From positions 76,087 to 140,086 of the forward strand of contig JASLVM010000001.1 of assembly GCA_030741355.1 (NCBI GenBank): a DNA stretch of 64,000 nucleotides. The letters are read 5' to 3'. Under the pieces are notes generated by a model. The model saw only the letters and a program-made list of their open reading frames with translations, was not told the DNA's origin and ran no database searches. Shown in pieces: positions 8,469 to 16,965 of the stretch (the stretch's first letter is position 1; each line of letters starts with the position of its first letter). Source of the stretch: Poseidonia sp. GTDB taxonomy: Archaea; Thermoplasmatota; Poseidoniia; Poseidoniales; Poseidoniaceae. Both the position numbers and the translations under genes were made by a program.

Positions 8469-10589
8469 ATGGCGAAGGAGACCGACTCGGAATCCGGCGT
8501 CAAAGAAACCTCCGAGGAGCACGCCAAAGCCAAGGACAAAGAGGCCAAGGAACTCCAAGAAATCCGGCAACGTCGAAGTGGCGGCGGCAAGATGTTCCTT
8601 TCCAAGATCGAAGACTTTGTCTTGATGGGCGGCGTCGTCTACGGGTTGTTGTTTGCCCTCCTTTTGTTCTCGATGTCGTCAGGCATGCTTGGCAACACCA
8701 CCAGCCTTGACCATACGGCCTCAACCACCTTCCTGGATATCGGCGATGAGTGCACCGAAATCACCGATGAGCCTTGGCTCAACATCTTCCCCGACCCAGA
8801 CCAGGAGTTGTTCTCCATTGCGGGCCACAACCTACCCAACGGCGAAGCCTATCTGAACTACACCTTCTTTTCCGTGTCGAGCGATGATACGAAAGCCGTC
8901 GTATCCGAAGACTACGGCTCCAACGAAACCGTGCGAACCATCAACAAAGTTGACCAATCCTACGGGCGTGCGTACTTCAAAGCCCCCTATTCCGAACTCC
9001 CAGAAGGACACTATGAACTCAAATTCACCGTGACCGTCTACGAAGAGCGGAACACCTCCTCAAACAGGACCATGGAGCCCCAATCAAAGAGCATCAAGTT
9101 TGAACACACGCTTTCCAAGGAAGCCCTTGCCTTCCTCCCCTTTGTGAACGATGCCGAGCATTCTGAGGTGAGAATTGAAGACGCTGGACCTCGCTCCTGC
9201 TGGACCGTCCAAGATTTGGGTGATTGGGGCTATATCTTGATGGGGGCAGAACTGGGTGGAGGACGTGAAACCGCCATGCTCACCGGTGGTGCCGCCGGTA
9301 TTCCCGCATGGTGGATGGCGTTCATTTCACTCTCCCTTTCCATCATCACCTTACTCATCATCTACCCGGTGATGTACAAAGTCTACCACCAAGACGCAGA
9401 CGACATCCTCTCCCGAACCCACATTGTTCGCCTGGTTGAGGACACCGTCGAAGAAGTCGGTGAAAAATTGGGTATTGAAATCGATGATGACCTGTTCAAA
9501 ACCGAAGTCAGAGAGCTCTCCATCGACATCATGGTCCCCTACAAAAACACGGAAAACACCCTCTCAGATTCCAGTGAGGTGCGGGCCGAACTGCTCCGCT
9601 CCTTGCTGGAGGAGTTTGCGATCTTCCGAGTCTTCAAGCCCGTTCAACTGAACGTCCGGGTGATCGGCGACGGCCAGATGGTGGACTTTGATTCGGGTGT
9701 TGGTGTCGGATCCCAGGGCCAAGAAAAGGACCTGAAATCCGAGCAACAGGACTATTCAAGTTTCTTTTCCGAACTTCATTCGCTTTCCAGAATTGAAGAC
9801 GACGTTCGAGACAGTTTGGACCTGTTCTTTACCCGCCGTTCTGACGTTGAGATGACCGGTGCTGTGGTGACCAGCGACGACCGTGTGGTCTTCGTCTCTG
9901 TGATTTTCCGGCCCACCCAGCGCTTTGCATGGTTGAGATTCCGCAAAACATCCACACAGATTAAAGATGAATTGTATCGATTCATACACGAGCGTAACGA
10001 GGACCTCCTTGGCTCACAAGAATTGGTTGTTAAGACCCGAAATGAGGTCTCGACGCTCGCCGACAGGTCCGGTGCCGGTCGTGTTGAGCGCCGGTCGCAA
10101 AAAGACGACGAACGCATCGTGGCCGTGGCCAAACAAGATGGATTGGGTGGCAGAGTTCTGCAAACCAAATTCCTGGGCGATACGCTCTCAACGGTGGAAT
10201 ACATGGCCAACGAGAAGCGAGAAATGATCAACAAGTGGGGCTTTTGGGGTCTCATCTTCTTTGTATGGATTCCGTTCATGGCCTCGGGCGTGTTGGTCGG
10301 TGCTATGCTTGGCCTTCTCTCACGTATGCAATTCATGCGTGTGCTGGTGGCCACGTTTATCGGCGGTTCCATCGCTTCCGTCACCTGGGCCTACACGGCT
10401 GAAGGAATTGTAAAATTCATGCACCAATACAAACTCGAAGTGTTCATCCCGTTGGTCATTGGTGTGTTTATTCTGATGGCCGTGTTGCACATACGTTCAA
10501 CCAAGATGCGCCGACAAACCGAATTGTTCGAGGACACACTCCTCGACAACTTCCATGCCGACATCGTGGCCAAATACGGCGACCAGTAG
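8469..10589 (+). CDS. Multi-pass membrane protein with a COG2426/small-multidrug-export-like domain and large soluble regions
   Basis: N-terminal TM, extracellular domain, and C-terminal KWGFWGLIFFVWIPFMASGVLVGAMLG. The track start (8307) lies inside the tRNA, so ATG 8469 is used. Confidence 0.7.
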   Translation: MAKETDSESGVKETSEEHAKAKDKEAKELQEIRQRRSGGGKMFLSKIEDFVLMGGVVYGLLFALLLFSMSSGMLGNTTSLDHTASTTFLDIGDECTEITDEPWLNIFPDPDQELFSIAGHNLPNGEAYLNYTFFSVSSDDTKAVVSEDYGSNETVRTINKVDQSYGRAYFKAPYSELPEGHYELKFTVTVYEERNTSSNRTMEPQSKSIKFEHTLSKEALAFLPFVNDAEHSEVRIEDAGPRSCWTVQDLGDWGYILMGAELGGGRETAMLTGGAAGIPAWWMAFISLSLSIITLLIIYPVMYKVYHQDADDILSRTHIVRLVEDTVEEVGEKLGIEIDDDLFKTEVRELSIDIMVPYKNTENTLSDSSEVRAELLRSLLEEFAIFRVFKPVQLNVRVIGDGQMVDFDSGVGVGSQGQEKDLKSEQQDYSSFFSELHSLSRIEDDVRDSLDLFFTRRSDVEMTGAVVTSDDRVVFVSVIFRPTQRFAWLRFRKTSTQIKDELYRFIHERNEDLLGSQELVVKTRNEVSTLADRSGAGRVERRSQKDDERIVAVAKQDGLGGRVLQTKFLGDTLSTVEYMANEKREMINKWGFWGLIFFVWIPFMASGVLVGAMLGLLSRMQFMRVLVATFIGGSIASVTWAYTAEGIVKFMHQYKLEVFIPLVIGVFILMAVLHIRSTKMRRQTELFEDTLLDNFHADIVAKYGDQ

Positions 10590-10597
10590 GTGAAGCC

Positions 10598-11191
10598 ATG
10601 GAGGCCAGCACCACGTTTTCAGGCAGTGAAGACCACGTGGGAGATCCGGTTCGTTTGGGCATCGTAACGGTCAGCGACCGAGCCAGTCGAGGCGAATATC
10701 AGGACGAAGGCGGACCAGCGATTCTCGGATTTTTTCAAGCGGCCATCAAGAGTCCTTGGACCGCCCACTACCGTTGCGTAGCGGACGAGCGCGAGGCTGT
10801 GGAAGCGGCGCTGATTGAACTCGTGGACGAAGAGGGGTGTCATGTGGTCGTCACCACCGGCGGCACCGGCCCTGCACCTCGTGACATAACACCAGAAGCA
10901 ACCGAAGCGGTTTGCGACCGGATGATGCCGGGGTTCGGCGAACAGATGCGAAGTATTTCGCTTGCCTTTGTGCCGACCGCCATTCTCTCTCGACAGGTCG
11001 GTGGTCTGCGAGGTGAATCCCTCTTGTTCAACCTCCCCGGTCGACCGAAAGCCATTCGGGAAACCATCGATGAAATATGGAAAGCCGTGCCGTACTGCGT
11101 TGACCTCATGAACGGCCCGTACATGGACATGAATCCGGTGATTTGCGACGCATTTCGTCCAAAAAAAGCCCGCCGCCCTCCTTTTGAATAA
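10598..11191 (+). CDS. mog: Molybdopterin adenylyltransferase
   Basis: TVSDRASRGEYQD, TTGGTGPAPRDITPEAT, MPGFGEQMR, PTAILSRQ, NLPG.PKAI. Confidence 0.93.
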   Translation: MEASTTFSGSEDHVGDPVRLGIVTVSDRASRGEYQDEGGPAILGFFQAAIKSPWTAHYRCVADEREAVEAALIELVDEEGCHVVVTTGGTGPAPRDITPEATEAVCDRMMPGFGEQMRSISLAFVPTAILSRQVGGLRGESLLFNLPGRPKAIRETIDEIWKAVPYCVDLMNGPYMDMNPVICDAFRPKKARRPPFE

Positions 11192-11235
11192 CACATCACA
11201 TTCAATAGCCTCACACCACTGGAGGATTACAGAGG

Positions 11236-12651
11236 ATGAGCATGACGGGGAATCTCTTGATACATGGTGCAACGATGGTCCTGCCCAACGAAACGGGTGT
11301 TGGCGATTTGAGAATTCGCAACGGCGTCATCGAGACCGTGGCTCTTGGAGCCACGCTTGAACCGAAGGATGATGAGTTGTTCATTGACGGGCGAGGTTTG
11401 CACCTCCTGCCCGGCATCATTGACCCGCAAGTCCATTTCAGAGACCCTGGCCAGCCAGAGAAAGAGGATTTGGGTTCTGGTTCGGCAGCCGCCGTCAGTG
11501 GCGGTGTGACCTCTTTCTTGGACATGCCCAACAACAAACCTTCCATCACCACATTGGAAGGGATGCGAGGTAAACTGAAGACGGCTTCTGAAAAATGCGT
11601 GAACAACTACGGCTTCTTTATTGGGGCCACATCCAACAACGTGCCCGACCTACAGGAAGCGGTTGGAACCCCCGATGCTCCACTGGGTATTCCCGGTATT
11701 TGTGGCATCAAAATTTTCATGGGTTCATCGACAGGAACCTTGCTGGTCAACGACCGAGATGCTCTCGAAGCCATCTTCGAAGGAACGGGTGGCCTCATCG
11801 CCGTCCACGCAGAAGATGAACAGCGCATGATCGAACGCCTTGACGGCATCAAGGGCCGAACGGACATCGCAGCACATGCAGAATGGCGCGATGACGTGAC
11901 CGCCCTCTTAGCCACGCAACTGGCGGTTGAGTTGGCACAGGAATTCGGTCATCGATTGCACGTGCTTCATTTGACCAGTGGTATCGAGGCCGATTGGTTG
12001 GAAGACATCACAACCCTGCCCTCTCTTTCCAGCGAGAACAGCGCCATCATCACCACCGAAACCCTCCCGCAACACTTGACCTTTGATGAGACAGATGTGG
12101 CACGAGAAGGCACTCGTCTCCAGATGAACCCTCCTATTCGATACGCAAAAGACAGGGAAACCCTGTGGAAACAACTCAAGAAAGGGACGATTCAATGCAT
12201 CGCTACGGACCATGCCCCGCACACGCTCGAAGCCAAAGGACTCGGATTCCCGAACGCCCCAAGCGGTATGCCGGGTGTGGAGACTTCGCTGGCCGTCATG
12301 CTCACGCATGCAAAGGACGGTGCATGCAGCATTGAGGACGTCGCAAAATGGATGTCGACCAACGTCGCCGACTGCTTCAACATGGTTGGCAAGGGGAAGT
12401 TGGAAGAAGGCATGGACGGGGACATCGTGCTGGTTGACATGGACAACGCACGGGAAGTCAAAGACGAACATTCGTGGGCTCGAGTGGGCTGGAATCCGTT
12501 CCGTGGTCGTTCCTTGGTGGGCTGGGCTCAAGTTACGGTTGTTGGAGGCGTACCCGTCTTTGAGCGAACCGAAGCTACGGGGCCAAAGGGTGCCATTTTG
12601 GTGGAACCCGGTGCTGTGGGCGAACCCATTGTGATGACGCCATGGCGTTAG
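11236..12651 (+). CDS. pyrC: Dihydroorotase
   Basis: PGIIDPQVHFRDPG, DMPN, GIKIFMGSSTG, HAED, MNPPIR, TDHAPH, PSGMPGVE. Confidence 0.88.
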   Translation: MSMTGNLLIHGATMVLPNETGVGDLRIRNGVIETVALGATLEPKDDELFIDGRGLHLLPGIIDPQVHFRDPGQPEKEDLGSGSAAAVSGGVTSFLDMPNNKPSITTLEGMRGKLKTASEKCVNNYGFFIGATSNNVPDLQEAVGTPDAPLGIPGICGIKIFMGSSTGTLLVNDRDALEAIFEGTGGLIAVHAEDEQRMIERLDGIKGRTDIAAHAEWRDDVTALLATQLAVELAQEFGHRLHVLHLTSGIEADWLEDITTLPSLSSENSAIITTETLPQHLTFDETDVAREGTRLQMNPPIRYAKDRETLWKQLKKGTIQCIATDHAPHTLEAKGLGFPNAPSGMPGVETSLAVMLTHAKDGACSIEDVAKWMSTNVADCFNMVGKGKLEEGMDGDIVLVDMDNAREVKDEHSWARVGWNPFRGRSLVGWAQVTVVGGVPVFERTEATGPKGAILVEPGAVGEPIVMTPWR

Positions 12652-14144
12652 CCAAGCTGGTAAAGCGCACTGTATTTTTGCTCAACATAGCGCAAGAAAG
12701 GTTCAGGGCTGGGCGGTGAACCCGTTGCGTCCTCAATGAGTTGGGCAGGAGAGACTTGACTGCCTCGTTGATGAATACGTGGTCGAAGCCATTCCAACAT
12801 CGGTTTCCAGTCTCCTGAAGCAACCATCTCGTCCATATCGCCCAGATCTTTGGCCATGGCTTCCAGTAATTGGGCAGCATAGAGGTTTCCAAGGGTGTAG
12901 GTTGGGAAGTAGCCAAAAGCACCCATGGACCAGTGAATGTCTTGCAAGCACCCCAGGCGGTCTTCCGGTACATCAATGCCAAACCATGCCTTGAACATGC
13001 TGTTCCAAGCCTCGGGAAGATCGTCCACATCCAATTCGCCGTTGAAGAGTTGCTTCTCAATTTCATACCTTAGCATAACATGTAAGTTGTAAGTGACCTC
13101 GTCCGCCTCGACACGAATAAAGCCTTTCTCAACCCGATTGGCCAGCCGATTAAGCGTGTGTTCATCCCAATCAGGAGCATCAGGGAAATTGGCTCGGAAC
13201 CAGGGCAACACCACTTTCCAAAACGAAGGTGTCCTTCCAATTTGGTTTTCCCAAAAACGACTTTGAGACTCGTGAACACCTAACGAAACGGCAGCCCCTC
13301 GTGGCGTGAATCGGTGATCGTGGTCCAACCCCTGTTCATACAGAGCGTGCCCGGTCTCGTGCATGACGGCATACAGACAGGAGAACGGGTCCACCTCGTC
13401 GAACCGCGTGGTGAATCGGGTATCGCCTGGCCACAAACCTGCCGAGAACGGGTGCGTGGAAGCGTCCATCCGTCCTGCCTCGAAATCAAAGCCCATGTGC
13501 TTTGAAACGGCCTCGCAAAACGCTTTCTGGGCCTCGATGGAAAACACAAGTCCGTCTGGCATCGACGGTTCTTCTACCGTGTTCTGAGCCCGTGTGATGG
13601 CCTCAAGCAAAGGTACGAGGCGCTCTCGCAAACCAGCAAAGAGTGGGTCGTAATCCTCCACCGTCATACCGACTTCGTATTCATCGAGGAGCACATCATA
13701 GGGCGTCGATTGCACACCGAGAAGACCAATCTTTTCATGCGTCAATTCAATCAAACGACGCAAGGTGGGTTTGAAGGCCTCAAAATTCGACTCGGAACGT
13801 GCAGACTGCCATGCGACGAGGGCTTCGGAGCGAGCCTGTGCAAAGGTCTCTACGAAGGATTTCGGCAGACGGACGGCTTGGTCGTAAGTGCGACGCATTT
13901 CACGGACGTTCGCGAGTTGGTCCTCGTTCAGGGTCTTTCCTTCCAATTCGTCAAGCAATTCACCCATTCGTGAATCGGTCAATTGCTCGTGCCGCTTTCC
14001 GGCCAACCATGCCATCATCTCGCCTCTGGAAGACGCTCCCTTGGCAGGCATCAGGACTTCTTGGTCCCAACCAAGATGGCCTTGTAAAGCACCGAGCCGG
14101 TGAATGTCTTGGACGCGCTGGAGGAATTCATCGTAGGGTTCCAT
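12648..14144 (-). CDS. Carboxypeptidase Taq (M32)
   Basis: HPF, DTRFTTR, HETGHALYEQG, HESQSRFWEN, IRVEADE, GCLQDIHWS, GYFPTYTLG. Confidence 0.95.
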   Translation of the reverse strand: MEPYDEFLQRVQDIHRLGALQGHLGWDQEVLMPAKGASSRGEMMAWLAGKRHEQLTDSRMGELLDELEGKTLNEDQLANVREMRRTYDQAVRLPKSFVETFAQARSEALVAWQSARSESNFEAFKPTLRRLIELTHEKIGLLGVQSTPYDVLLDEYEVGMTVEDYDPLFAGLRERLVPLLEAITRAQNTVEEPSMPDGLVFSIEAQKAFCEAVSKHMGFDFEAGRMDASTHPFSAGLWPGDTRFTTRFDEVDPFSCLYAVMHETGHALYEQGLDHDHRFTPRGAAVSLGVHESQSRFWENQIGRTPSFWKVVLPWFRANFPDAPDWDEHTLNRLANRVEKGFIRVEADEVTYNLHVMLRYEIEKQLFNGELDVDDLPEAWNSMFKAWFGIDVPEDRLGCLQDIHWSMGAFGYFPTYTLGNLYAAQLLEAMAKDLGDMDEMVASGDWKPMLEWLRPRIHQRGSQVSPAQLIEDATGSPPSPEPFLRYVEQKYSALYQLG

Positions 14145-14260
14145 GACGAGTTCATGCCTCTGTGCTTCTTCAACACTCCCATGCATTGGCATGGAGAAAC
14201 GCCCTCGGAACATGAAACAAAAAAGCACACATTCAAGAACATTTGAACAGTACCCGAAAC

Positions 14261-15409
14261 ATGGTCCTCCCTTTCCGCCGAAAAGGGTCGGACGAGGACG
14301 ACGACGATATCGTTGACCAAGATATCGAGGACATCATGAACGAGGCAGAAGGTTTGGGTGAAGAATCCGGCGTGACAATTCCTGAAACCTCGGGCGAAGA
14401 TGATGACGTCGACAACGTTGACCCGGCGGAAAAAATGGCAAGAAGCGCACGAACCGTCATCGACACCTGCATGGACGTGCGCCGGGGAGAAAACATTCTG
14501 ATCGTTTGTGACTCAACAACCACCGAAATTGGGCAGGCCCTCCATGACGCTGCAAGCCTTCGCTCGGACCGTGTTCTCTTGGTGGTGATGCCCAAGGGAC
14601 GCCATCATGGCGACGAGCCCCCAACGCCTGTAGCCAACCTCATGAGGCAACAACAAGTCGTCATTGCCCCTACCCGCTATTCGCTCACCCATACCAAAGC
14701 TGTCCGTCAAGCCATCAAAGACGGGTCTCGTGTCGCCACCATGCCCGGTATGACCATTGAAATGTTCACCGAAGGCGGAATGTCGGCCGATTTCAACATC
14801 ATCAAAAAGAACATCGGGGAAATGAGTAACCTCCTTCGAAGAAAGCGAATCATCAACGTGAAATCGGAAACGGGGACCAATGTTACCTTCGAAGTAAACT
14901 GGCGAGAATGGAAACTTGATGATAACGGCATTTGCAATCGCCCCCGCATGCTCACCAACCTCCCAGCGGGCAAAATCTTCACCCTTCCACGAGAAGGAAC
15001 GATGAACGGCACCATCGTGATTGATGGATCTTGGGACTCCGACCTCGTGGACGAACCGGTGGTGCTCCAGATCGAAAACGGACTCGTTATTGATGTGAAA
15101 GGAGGAACGGCAGCAGCTCAAATTCGCCAAACCTTCGGGGAAGCAGCCAAACGCCTCAAGAGCAAAGACCAGGAAAACGTCTGGACCATCGCTGAATTTG
15201 GGTTTGGCATGAACCCTAACGCACGTGTGGCTGGAAATGTTCTAGAAGACGAGAAGCGTTTGGGCACGGCCTATTTCTCGATCGGTGATAACACGACCTT
15301 GGGGGGTTCAGCAGCCGTTGGCATCCAAATATCGGGCGTGCTTGAACGTCCCAGCATCTGGATGGACGAAACATTGCTGTTTGAAGAAGGACAATTCGTG
15401 GCCCATTAA
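14261..15409 (+). CDS. M29-like aminopeptidase (AmpS/aminopeptidase T family) with an acidic N-terminal extension
   Basis: SLTHT, ATMPG, NLPAG, GTIVIDGS, IAEFGFGMNP, LEDEK..GT. Confidence 0.8.
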   Translation: MVLPFRRKGSDEDDDDIVDQDIEDIMNEAEGLGEESGVTIPETSGEDDDVDNVDPAEKMARSARTVIDTCMDVRRGENILIVCDSTTTEIGQALHDAASLRSDRVLLVVMPKGRHHGDEPPTPVANLMRQQQVVIAPTRYSLTHTKAVRQAIKDGSRVATMPGMTIEMFTEGGMSADFNIIKKNIGEMSNLLRRKRIINVKSETGTNVTFEVNWREWKLDDNGICNRPRMLTNLPAGKIFTLPREGTMNGTIVIDGSWDSDLVDEPVVLQIENGLVIDVKGGTAAAQIRQTFGEAAKRLKSKDQENVWTIAEFGFGMNPNARVAGNVLEDEKRLGTAYFSIGDNTTLGGSAAVGIQISGVLERPSIWMDETLLFEEGQFVAH

Positions 15410-15413
15410 GGCC

Positions 15414-16907
15414 TCAGTATCCCAGATTTTGTTGTCCGCAAACCGGACAGAATCGCCAATAAGGATCCAATCCAATCCCGCAGCCTCGGCAGTGCACGCC
15501 TGAGCGAATGGTGGGCTGAACCAAGGGTGCTTGTTGACGAGGCCATCCCTGCTGTGGCTGCTGTTGCTGAGGCCATCCTTGCTGAGGCTGCTGTTGCTGA
15601 GGCCATCCCTGCTGTGGCTGCTGTTGTTGCTGTTGCTGCCAAGGTTGCTGAGGCAACGGTTGAGGCCGTTGCTGCGGAGGTGCTTGCTGCGGAGCGGGTT
15701 GCTGTTGCCCGCCGAGCGGCCGGCGAACGGGAGCCACTGGCTTGGGTAGAGCAGCCGTCTTTTCAGCCGCAGGTGAAGCGATGAATTCTGAAAGCGTCAC
15801 CACGCCATCGCCATCGGCATCTGCCTCGGCGTGAAGTTCAGCCGCTTCCTCAAGACTGGTCCCCGTCGCTTGTGCCAATTCTTCGACATCCAGCGCTCCG
15901 CTTCCGTCCTCATCGGCTGCGATGAAATGTTCCGCTGCGCTGACAAACTCGGTTTCCTCTTGCACCGGTTCGGGTTCCATCTCCGGCGAGGCTGGAGCAG
16001 GAGGTTGCTCATCAGCGGCCAATTCGGAACGAAATGCCCCGGAAAAGGCATCCTGCGTGGCTTTCGCCACTTGCTTTTGGCTTTCGATGTTCAACTCCGG
16101 TTCGACCGGTTCGGCCTCAGGAAGATCGGGCAAGGCGACCGTGCTGGAAGGAACGGGGACAGGGGGAGAAACCTCTGCTGGTTTGGGTTCGGGGGTGACC
16201 GTGGGAAGAGGCACAGGCTCTGAAAGAGAGGGGGCGGGTGCAGGTTCTTGTGCTGCAGGGACGGTTTCTGCTGGAGGGGGTGCGGGCAAGGATGCGTTCT
16301 CAGGAACGTCAACGCTGGCTGCTGATGCACCGCCACTGGCCAAACTTGCAATCGGGATGACCTGGCCAACCACATCGAGGGCTGCATCCAGTTCTCTGTT
16401 GATGGTGGCAAGCGCTTCGACTGACCCTTCGACGTTATTGAGCAGCCCTTCAAAGGAGGTGAGATACTTCACGACTTCGTCTTTGGATCCTGTTTGAAAG
16501 GCCACGGCAAAGAGTTTCATCATGCGCATGGGGTCGGCCAATTGTTCCAAAGAACTTCGTAGGTTCGCGTCGATACCGCCCATGGCCTGACCCGCTTCAC
16601 CGCTTGAATCCGGCATGCCGAGAGCTTGCAAAAGCGGATCGGGCATGCTCATCAAACCGAGATGCCCGGCGACGAGGTAGTAGATCTCACCGCCCTCGCA
16701 TTGCATACGTTCACTGGCCGCTTCAAAATCAAAATCTCCGGGCCGTAATACGATGTCTGAGAGCAACTCAAAGAACTGAACCATCGCCTCTTCTCGGGGC
16801 ATGGCCATCATCGCATGGAGGACATCGCTCGATTCAGTCGCACCGAAGTAAGCTGCGGCATCATCAACCTCAATCACGTTGGAGGAAGTGGGGTTCTCGT
16901 CTGACAT
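15414..16907 (-). CDS. Protein with a Pro-rich linker, EF-hand pair, QQGWP repeats and a C-terminal zinc ribbon
   Basis: DEDGSGALDVEE and DADGDGVVTLSE EF loops; PQQGWPQQQQ repeats; CRGC...CPVCG. Confidence 0.8.
   Translation of the reverse strand: MSDENPTSSNVIEVDDAAAYFGATESSDVLHAMMAMPREEAMVQFFELLSDIVLRPGDFDFEAASERMQCEGGEIYYLVAGHLGLMSMPDPLLQALGMPDSSGEAGQAMGGIDANLRSSLEQLADPMRMMKLFAVAFQTGSKDEVVKYLTSFEGLLNNVEGSVEALATINRELDAALDVVGQVIPIASLASGGASAASVDVPENASLPAPPPAETVPAAQEPAPAPSLSEPVPLPTVTPEPKPAEVSPPVPVPSSTVALPDLPEAEPVEPELNIESQKQVAKATQDAFSGAFRSELAADEQPPAPASPEMEPEPVQEETEFVSAAEHFIAADEDGSGALDVEELAQATGTSLEEAAELHAEADADGDGVVTLSEFIASPAAEKTAALPKPVAPVRRPLGGQQQPAPQQAPPQQRPQPLPQQPWQQQQQQQPQQGWPQQQQPQQGWPQQQQPQQGWPRQQAPLVQPTIRSGVHCRGCGIGLDPYWRFCPVCGQQNLGY
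15537..15628. repeat. Coding tandem repeat, about 3 x 30 bp (PQQGWPQQQQ)
   Basis: Unit gaggccatccYtgctgWggctgctgttgct repeated with 30-bp period; boundaries approximate. Confidence 0.85.
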
Positions 16908-16965
16908 CCTTCTCCCTCCTTTTACTTGCGACCGCTGACCCCCATTTAAGCCCTCATGATACGAC

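Noticed and set aside
15240-15247. TTCTAGAA (and GTCTATAGC near 5315) as members of the dispersed palindrome family
   Set aside because: Different length or flanks; excluded to keep the motif count conservative.
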